A stretch of DNA of 50,025 nucleotides from Spirogloea muscicola (lineage: Eukaryota), in contig WELB01000012.1 of assembly GCA_009602725.1 (NCBI GenBank), positions 1,052,125 through 1,102,149 on the forward strand. The letters run 5' to 3'. The notes beneath the pieces are model-generated. The model ran no database searches and had not been told where the DNA came from. It saw nothing but the letters and a program-made list of their open reading frames with translations. The position numbers and the translations under genes were made by a program. Shown piece after piece: positions 20,262-29,836 of this stretch (its first letter is position 1; each line of letters starts with the position of its first letter).

Positions 20262-22935
20262 TGGGAGGAGAAAGAGGGCAAGCGCGGCCAGATTAACTGG
20301 TGGCTGGGAGAGGCCAGCCCAAAAGAATGGAGAAAGGGCTCGCCCATATGAAAAGAGAAGAAGTGGCTCTCCCAATGGGGGCAAGGGCTGTGAGGAGCCA
20401 GCCCGTAGAACATTGACAAGGTTCGAAGGGGCCAAAGTACGAGCTAGCACCAACTACAGGGCCTGAAGAGGCTATGGCAGAACAGGGAGAGGGCGGAAAA
20501 GAGGGGCTAGCCAAGCCAGGCAGAAAAGAATGGACAATGTCCGCAGGCCACAAGGGCCACAAAGAAATTGCTCGCCCATAGAGAAGAGTGGCTGGCAAAG
20601 GAATGGACAATGTCCACAAGCCAAAGAAAGCAAGCGCGGCTTGATTAACTGGTGGCTGGGAGAAAGAAGTGGCTCTCCCAATGGGGGCAAGGGCTGTGAG
20701 AAGCCTGTCTCGTCTTCTCTCTGTGAGAAGCCAGCCCAAAGGAATGGACAAGGTCTGAAGGAGCCGGAGTGCCAAGGACTGAGACAGCAAAACAAAACTG
20801 ACTAGAGCTAACTGAGAGTTCGCTTGCTGCTGTCTCAGTCCTTCAGCACTCCGGCTCCTTCAGACCTTGTCCATTCCTTGGGGCTGGCCTCTCCCAGCCA
20901 CCAGTTAATCTGGCCGCGCTTGCTTCTAAAACAGTGCCCGGAAAGACAAAACTACACACCAAGACTCGAAATGATGCAGATGGATGCTCAGTAGCCACGA
21001 GTGAGCAATAGCAAATCAGAATAACTCGAAGCAGGAAAAGAGGCACTCTGCCGAGACCCGGAGGTAGCAGTAGTCTGGGGGGCCTTAACGGTAGCTTTAT
21101 TGGGTGGATTTAATAGTGGGGTTTATTGGTGCGGGCAGGCGGTTTAATGGGCAGTGTGGTAAGGAACTAGCGCTTGAACGGGGGGGGCTGGGTTCATCGG
21201 CCTTGGCCCCTGTTCGGCGGTCCCAGTAAGGCCCCTTCCAGTTGTACCCCCCCTTTGCGCGCACCCGCTAGGCCGACGTACTCCTCTGGCCACGACCAGG
21301 GGGCCACGGGCGCCAGTGAGGCCGCCCGTACCGCGTTCTGCGGTGCTACAGCAGACATGCTGCGCCTTCCGGCCCCTTGTTCTTTGTACAATCGGTACAT
21401 GCTCGTACAGATACTTGTGCTTGCCCCTTCGAACTATCTTCACTCTTCGCTGGGATGCCCAATCACAGCCATTGTCCTTTACTGGACAAATCTTCTTCTT
21501 TTGTCCATTCCTCTGGGCTGGCCTCTCACAGCCATCGACTTCTCTTGTCGGATTTGAGGCTCCTCACTCGTAGCTGCTGAGTAGTCCATCCTACACCCGT
21601 TCGGACTGCGCTTTAGGCCCCTCCGTCGTTTGGCCCCTTCGAACCTTTGTCATTCTTTTCGGTCCGGCTTTTCACAATCCTCAGTGGGCGAGCCCTTCTC
21701 TCTTTTCACAGCCCTTGCCCCCTTTGGGTGGACCGGTGGACTTCAATGCAGCCGGGTCGCTAGCGCAGGTGTACCGCATGCGCTTGGCCGTCTCGCTGCA
21801 GAGAAATGCGCGCCCATAGAGAAGAGGGGCTGGCAAAGCCAGCCCAAAAAAGAATGGACAATGTCCAAAGCCAAAGAAAGAGGAGCCGGAAAAAGGACTA
21901 CACTACAAATCACTGCAGAACACACAGACGATGCAGAGGGAAGCTCAGTACCCACGAGTGAGCAACATCAGGTCTGAGTAGCTCGCTGCAGGGAAATAGG
22001 CACTCCGCCGAGACCCAGAGGCTGCGGCCATAGCAAGGCCTGCTCGCGTGTGGACCGCGTGGGCAAGGGAGCGTTGAAGCGATACGGCCAGGCGCATGCG
22101 GAAGAGGTCTATGGCCCGCGCGCTGCACCTGCGTGCCGGCAGAGCCCTCGCTGCTGCCTCTGGCTCTGGCTCTGGCTCTGGCCTTGCATCTGCGTGCTGG
22201 CCGGGCTCTCGCTGCAGCCTCTGGCTTTCGCCAGGGGATTTATTTTCGGCAGCTAGTCTGTCGGATTTGAGGCTCCTCACTCGTAGCTTCTGAGTGGTCC
22301 ATCCTCCACCCGTTCTGCCATAGCGCTTTAGGCCCCTCCGTCATTTGGCCCCTTCGAACCTTTGTCAATTCTTTTCGGGCTGGCTTTTCACAGCCCTTGC
22401 CCCCTTCGGAAGAACCACTTCGTCTGGCCAGGGGACCCGCTTCCAGGAACCCAGTCTCTCTGACCTGAGGCTGCTTAGCAGGGGTTACTGAGTGCTTTGT
22501 AGCTGCTTAAAACTCTTCTTGTGTTTTTGTTTAAGTGCTTCCGCTGGCCCCTTCTCGTCCTTTGTTCATTCTTTTTTGGGGCTGGCTTTTTCCAGCCCCT
22601 ATCCTCAATGGGCGAGCCCTTCTTCTTTGGGAGAGCCACATCTTCAAAGCGTCACTTCTTCTTACATTGGAAGAGCTGTTTCTACACCACCACTAGACTG
22701 TCTAGATTATGTAAATTCAGGGAAGAAGCTCTTCAAATAGAGAAAGCGCGGCCGAATTGACTGGTAGCTGTAAGAGGCCAGCCCAAAGGAATGGAACGAA
22801 TAGAGCTAGCCGCTCCAAGAAAGAGTGGCTCTCCCAATGTGGGCAAGGGCTGCGAGAAGCCAGCCCGAAAAGAATTGACCAAGGGTCGAAGGGGCCAAAT
22901 GACGGAGGGGCCTAAAGCCACAATGACGGAGGGGC
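20262..22935. mobile_element. Nest of 5'-truncated CRE-like retrotransposon 3' ends in both orientations
   Basis: Several distinct C-termini: SYSDLLLLTRGY* (~20990-21060, -), SYSDLMLLTRGY* (21945-22100, -), LSDLRLLTRSF* (22184-22293, +) and SLSDLRLLSRGY* (22424-22491, +). Each is followed by GGGCTGGC-hairpin 3' UTR modules. Confidence 0.85.
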
Positions 22936-24896
22936 CGGAAGAGGAGCAGCACTCCACAAGGAGCCGATGGGTTGCAGATGTACCATACCGTGATCGCTGC
23001 CCGTCGGTGGACGACCGGCGTGGCCCCGCTGGCCACGAAAAGTTGGATGGCCAGCGGGGCCCTACAAATGATAATAACCACGGAGTATTGATATAGGTCC
23101 AAAGGACGGTCTTATAGAAGCGCAACACACCACCGGACCATCTTCCGAGGCCCCACAAATGGCATCACGGTGGCGTCACACCACAGTGTAAGCCAGCTTT
23201 GGACGGACCTCATCCGCCCTACGCATCCATAGTGGGGCTACGCCCCACTGTGGATCCTGGGTTGCGCCCAAGCAGCATCATTGTGGGCCTTAAGCGAAGC
23301 AGCTTTTCCAAAAGGGGCGAGGGCTGTGAGAATTGTCCAGTTTCTACAAGGACTGATACGGCTACGGTCTTCCGCTTCCCGTTGAAGCCTGATCAATCTG
23401 TCATCATCCATGCTGCGGGCGCATGGCAATCCGCAGACAGAAGTTGGCTGAATGGGCGGCCTAAGGGGAGGGTGCAAGATCAACTCCAGCCTAAGTGCAC
23501 AACGAGGGGCGTCAGCAATTGTGGCCGCAGCATGATGTGGACCCTACTGGTACCCAGATGCACGAGGTGGCTAAGTTACTGCACTAGTGACCTGAGCTCA
23601 AGCCATTGGTGCTGATGGAGAGGGTGACGTTTGGTGAGGGCCTCTCCTGCAAAGCTCAGCAAACCTTCATTCAGACCGCTGCAGGCCCGAGTCCGAGCCG
23701 CCAGGGACCACCATGCACGAGCATCGCCACATCGAAGTCCTCAAATGCGTAGGGAGGCTGTGGTCAAGCCTGCTTGCAATACTTTATCTGCTGCTACTAT
23801 TACAGCTTCAAGCCATGATGTGAATAGCACCTCAGCTCATGATGGTGGAGGGTTGGGCTTTAGGACTACAGACATCTGGCCTGCTTTAAAGTGCTGGGCT
23901 TGAGGACCACTGGCCTGTTCAAACCGAGCAGCGAGCTAGTGCTGAGCACCTGCATGGACAATTTGGAGGGCACAATAGGCATCTCTTGGCGATTGTCCTG
24001 CTCACACTTGAGCATCTCCACAAACTCTGAGAATTTTGGAGGAGAATGGAGGTGGCGCGCAATGCGGAAGCCCAGCAGGTTTGCTGCCCAGTATGAGAAA
24101 CATGGTTCTGGGGAGAGGTTCTCCAAGATAATCCCCGGCAGTGCCTCAAACCTGCTGGAGCGCTACGGAGTTCGTGTTTTTGTATTAAGGAAGAGTCCTC
24201 TAAGGTCCTCAGTGGGCATGCAGGGAGTGACAAGTCCGTGACAGCAGAAGGAAGGAGAGTTTGAGCTCTTCTCAGACCGCCAGACACAAGTGGTTCACTG
24301 CAACCTCGTTATCGGTGAGCACAGTGTCAAATTGATTAGCCCAGGATGGCGCTTTGGTATCGGAGCGACAGCCCCCCTCTTCCTATAAGCCGACGGGTCG
24401 TTTGCCTCCTGCCCGTGGGTTCAGTGAGCGGGATCGGGGCCCAAGTCCTGGACCGTTGTATTCCTCCACTCTACGCTCCAGTGTCCAGCACGCTGCTCTT
24501 GGCCGTGGCGTCTGGAATGATTCTCTTATCGCTGCGCCCTGCTCTGCAGATTCTCAGCAACATCATGATACGCGCGGGAGCGCTCGTTATCGCTAAGCAT
24601 CCCCGAGCCTTGCAGAGCCGTCGGCAGTGCCGGCATGGCCGCAGCTGGCGGGGCGGCCCCTGCGCCCGGGACATCTATGGATTTGGAAGAGCTGTGTCTG
24701 TGAAGGTGTGCTCAGGAGGCTGCGTCTGACGCCCGGCGATAAGGCCAGCCCGGGGAGGAGTCTGCAGCAGCGCGCCCGTTCAACGGGACGGACGAGCCAG
24801 GCGTCGCGGTGGGCGTGGCGTCGGACGGCGGCAACGCAGCAGTTGCCGTCGGGCTCCAGAAAAACGTGCGGATATAATGGCCAGCCAGGTGCATAG

Positions 24897-26000
24897 AGGA
24901 TAAAGAAAGGGAAGGGCTCGCCTGTTGAGGATAGGGGCTGGAAAAGCCAGCCCAAAAAAGAATGAACAAAGTACGAGAAGGGGCCAGGGGAAGCGCCAAG
25001 AGAAACAAGCACAACAAGAAACAAAGCAGCAACGTAGTACTCAGTAACCCCTGCTAAGCAGCCTCAGGTCAGAGAAGCTAGGCTCCTGGAAGTGGGTCCC
25101 CTGGCCAGAGCCAGAGGCAGCAGCGAGGGCTCTGCCGGCACGCAGGTGCAGCGCGCGGGCCATAGAAGAAAGGGCTCGCCCATTGAGGATAGGGGCTGGA
25201 AAAGCCAGCCCAGAAATGAAGGAACAAAGTACGAGAAGGGGGCCAGGGGAAGCACTAAGAAAAACAAGCACAACAAGAAACAAAGCAGCTACGTACTACT
25301 CAGTAACCCCTGCTAAGCAGCCTCAGGTCAGAGAAGCTAGGCTCCTGGAAGTGGATTCCCTGGCCAGAGCCAGAGGCAGCAGCGAGGGCTCAGCCGGCAC
25401 GCTGGTGCAGCGCGCGGGCCATAGACCTCTGCAGCAAGACGGCCAAGCGCACCCGGTACACCTGCGCTAGCCACCCGGCTGCAGGAGAGTCCACTGGCTC
25501 CCCATGGAAGCGGCGGACGATGGCGCGGCGGGCGAGCTAGTTGAGCAGCTCGAGCCACCGCCCAACGCCCCATGCGTGTCGATAGCCAGCGGGAAGAACT
25601 CGTCTTCCCGCGGATGATCAGCATATTTGAGCTCCTTAGCTCGAGCGGCGCAGGCGACCGCATACCCAGCCTTGATGGCACATTGGGCTGGGTGTGAGCG
25701 GTCGTATGCGTCTGTGGTCACCACGTCCAGGATAAGACGTGGCTCGCCGGCGCGTGGGGTGGCCACAAGGTCTACGCGACGTGCGTGGAGACCGTCGGCC
25801 CTTTGCTGGAGCGGCATGACGGCGGAATTCTCCGCTGCCAGCGAGAAGCCAGCCTCCACCAGGATGCCATGCATCGCATCCCGGAGGCGGTCGTGGGCCG
25901 CTGTCCGCTCTCCGCCGTGGGAACAGCGCAGAACATGAGCGGCCAGCTCCCCAGGCTCGGCCCCTCGCTCGCCACATTCGCACTGACGCACACCCTGGAG
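24897..26000 (-). mobile_element. CRE-like (R2 superclade) non-LTR retrotransposon remnant: zinc knuckle, restriction-like endonuclease, C-terminus, and a tandem extra 3' end
   Basis: ORF 25467-25991: CECG...AAHVLRC (CCHC-like), RTAAHDRLRD, RRVDLV...LILDVVT, AKELKY, FFPLAIDTHGALG. After a frameshift it continues LAQVYRVRLAVLLQRSMARALH...SDLRLLSRGY*. The last ~270 bp are repeated at 24897-25165. Confidence 0.88.
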
Positions 26001-26179
26001 GCACGGTGGCGGCAGGCCCAGGAGCCGGTGGCCGAATATTGCTGAAATACATATTCTTTAAGCAAGGAACATTTACTGGGGGGTGTTGGTAACTATACTA
26101 GCGGAGCCAGAGTGCAGCTCTACGGGACGCGGCCGCACCCCCTTCGCCGGCCCGCGGCGGCGGCGGCGGCGGCGTCGTC

Positions 26180-29100
26180 ATGGCCGAGTCGTCGGCGCAG
26201 GGCGGCGGCGGTGGCGGCGGCGGCGGCGACGAGGGCGTGGAGATCCGCGTCAAGACGCTTGGCGCGGAGGAGTACATTCTCCGTGTGGACAGACGCGTGA
26301 GGCTTCAGTCCGCTCGCCGGCTGCTCTTCGTGTCGGATATCGTTCTGCCGAGCCTCCGGTGTTCCGCTCGAGCGCTCCAGTGCTTCGTGAGATGGCTGGA
26401 CGTGGAATTGGCAGGCCCCCGAAGTGACGCAGAGTGCTGCCATGGCACTCGCTCCTGAATGACGCGCTGGTATGAAAGACCAGATTCTTGACTTAGAGAA
26501 CTGCAGCTCCCGATCTCATCGCTTCGCTTCATTGATGTTTATCAGATTGCGGTACACGCGTTGAAGGAGCGCATTGCAGCGGTTGCAAACGTGCCGCCAC
26601 CACTGCAGCGGCTCATTTGCAAAGGGAAGGTTCTGAAGGACGAGCAGTTTTTGTCCGACTTTGGTAATCCTCGTGACACTGCAGCAGATCCAAGTTCAGG
26701 ATTATTGGAGCGCTGCATGTTGGCAGGCTGCAGAGTCGCCAGGCATGTTTACAAAGGAGTCTGACTGCACAGGGTTTTGGCAACGCAGGCGGGTAGTTGC
26801 GCTTGTGCGAGGCTGACTTTCAGTCTGTTCTCTTCTGCTTGCACAACAGGCATTGACGACGGGCATACTCTGCACCTTGTTACTCGACCGGTGCAGGCCC
26901 TGAGTCAGCAGCCTTCGCCAGAGCAAGTGCATGGTATGGGAAGCTCGCTGAAGCATATTCTACTCGCACTTGCAGAGTGCATCACCTATTTGTCTACCTG
27001 ATTGTTAAAGCATCGATTTTGGTCGCATTGCTCTTGGAAGGGGATCAAGGAGGAGGATTTGAGATGTGCAATAGTTGGGCACTTGGCAGGTGATGGACCA
27101 GCGATTTTAGGGGGCCCTCCTTTAAACATGCCATTCCCAGCCGTGAACATGCCATTCCCAGCCGTCGTCGGCAATGTGCCAGACCTCAATCAAGTGAAGA
27201 TCACCAATTGTTGCCTCCGGAAGCAACTTCGATCGGACAAGCGCTTTTTGACAAGAATCTGCCTAAGTTCCACAAAGTCTGTGCTGAGTTCACTAATGCA
27301 TGATCCTGCTCGATGATGCGTGATGCATCTTTGTGTTGGCCTTTGCTCTCAGGTGTTGGGAACAGTTCTGAATTCTGTTGGCATGGCTGGCTACAATACT
27401 GCTTCTGTCAATGGGCTTGTGAGTCTTTCTACTCGGCTATCAGCTACCTCCTTGCAGCATGTTCTCATGGCATTCCCTCCGGTTGCCAAACATGTGTTCT
27501 GTCCATCACTGTGATACCTTTTGCACCTTTCTTCACGGCGGCAGGAAGGGGACTAGTTGTGTCTCTAGGACTGTGCAGTTTCTTGACAGCAGTTTCTTGA
27601 CTGTGCAGTTTCTTGACAACACATTCTTCTGCCACCAGCATGCCACATTCCAGATTGCAAGCATATTGGTATCTGACCTGTCTGGCTTTTCAGGTGCCTC
27701 CGTTCGGCAGTGCGCCTGCTTTTCAAGTCAATGTTGGAGACAATGCAATGGCTGCGAATATGTGGAACTTAGCACAAGGATCACTCCAGCCACTACCCCC
27801 TGGTCCAAATGGCCGTCCGAATGCAACTGAACATGTGCTGCCGCAAGGTTTCACACAGGGAGCTAACACGCTAGCGAGGGAAGCAACTTCTGGTCAGCAG
27901 CAAGTGGGTGCAAAAGCAGCCGCTACCTGTTCCTGCAGCACCTCCCAAGCATAGCGTCTGCTTGACAGTCTTTGTTGACCAGACCTCACGAGGCAGATAG
28001 ATGTTAAAAATTTGTTGGTCACCCCAGATGACTGATGCGTGATCTTGGGGCAAGCTGCAGGCTGTTCCTGAGATGACAGCCTTGGCCACTACACTGAGCT
28101 ACATATCAACTTTGGCACAGGCTATGCAACAACAGGGTAAGTTGTTGTCACTACAGAAGCCATGATTTGTGCTTGATTACACATAAGCTCAAGTGTCACT
28201 CATTCAGGACGCCTTTTTGCAATTGCATGTCAGTCTTATGCACACCTAGCTGTTGCACCACCTGCCTTGGTTGAAATTGAAGTTACAATAATGTACTCGC
28301 ATGCCATCTTCAAGACATTTCAATATCATGCAGATGGCGGCCAGGATGGGACAAGAGGGAACAGCGGAGCTGCAGCAGCAGCAGCCTGTACAGAACCGTC
28401 ATCAACAGGTCAACAGAATATTGCGGAGGATAGTGCGTCTGCCGGAATGCAGAATGGTCAAGCTGGGGCCCACCAGATGGGTGCTGTTCTGCGCAATGCT
28501 CGTGACCTTCTGGTTGGCTCGTTTGCAACTTCACTAGAGGTTTGCTGCAGTGGCCATGTCTTCTTGCAATGCACACAGCTACATGCTCCAGCAGATGCTG
28601 TCGCCTGTGCACAGGTTCTCCTATGACATCACGCTTGTCAAAGATGGTGAATACTTGCCTTGCTGAGCTCAAGCGCTTAACACATAGATTCATTTTTTGT
28701 CTCTGACCTTATCAATATCATGTGCAGAATTTAGCTGCAAATCTTGAGATGGAGTGTGGCACAACCAGCCAACCGCCGAGTTCGACACTTCAGCAAAACC
28801 TACTCCAAATGGCAAACCGACTACAAGAACTGGTGCCCTTGGTGTTGGAACTTTCTCGCATGGTGCAGGTATTGCGCATCGACTTTGCTCAAGTAAGCTT
28901 TCTTCCCAGAAAGCCTTCATTGCACGGAGCACATGCTCTCATGTGCTGCGATCAGTTTCAGATTGAGGGTAGACAATAGCTCTGTAGTTACATGACAAGT
29001 CATGCAGCAAGAGTGACCACACTGCACGCTCTATTATCAGTGTGGCATAGAGAGGTTGTTGCTATGTACGTAGGATACTGCTTTCTATACATGAATAACG

Positions 29101-29795
29101 CTTTCATCGGCTGTGTCAGGGTCAAGTAAACCTTCAAACCACCGCATCAGCTTTTATAAGTCCAACAGGGCCCAATCCCCTCATTATCCAGGTAGTCAGA
29201 TCCTGTGTAATTTACTTGTCATCCACTTGGCTAGGTTTGCAGACTGGTGCGGAGTTATATACATGGTGCTTCGCTACAGACTGTGTCTGAGCATGAATCT
29301 CTCGTGAATCTTGAAGCAGGACAAGATCTGATTGATTTGATGCTTACTGCTGCTAGATCAAGTGTGAGTTGAGCTATGCTTTCTGTCTAATTAATCTATG
29401 CATATCGCTTTCTGCAGTCACTTCCTCGCGCTCGCCCTGTAAATGCACTCCAAATCAGTGAAGCTACGCCCTCGCAAGCTGGGACGTTTGGACAAATCAC
29501 CCACACTGGAGTTATCATGGCAGTCGACCAAGATGGGAATGTCCGCTTCAGTTCGCCCTTCCGGGCATCACAAGACCTTCCTGCCCCTGGACAGCAGCAC
29601 GTTCAAGTTCAACTTCAGGCCCAGGCTCAGGCTCAAGCCCAGGCTCAGGCTCAAGCCCAGGCTCAGGCTCAAGCCCAGGCTCAAGCCCAGTCAGAACGCA
29701 CGGCACAGCCAGCAGGGCAGGGACAAGAGCAAATACAACTGCAGCCAACTGCACTTGAGCAGCCACATAGCCAGGCACAATCGCAGACCAATGCT

Positions 29796-29836
<41 letters not shown>

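Noticed and set aside
22378..22425. HDV-like or hammerhead ribozyme in the repeat module
   Set aside because: I could not fit the HDV nested double pseudoknot or the CUGAnGA/GAAA core. The module is also at the 3' end, whereas such ribozymes usually sit at the 5' end.
20262..22935. CRISPR-like array of recurring GCCAGCCC repeats
   Set aside because: Spacing and orientation are irregular, the context is eukaryotic, no cas genes are present, and the repeats are explained as retrotransposon 3' UTR modules.
27569..27620. Short intronic repeat GCAGTTTCTTGAC x3
   Set aside because: An ordinary slippage duplication with no further structure.
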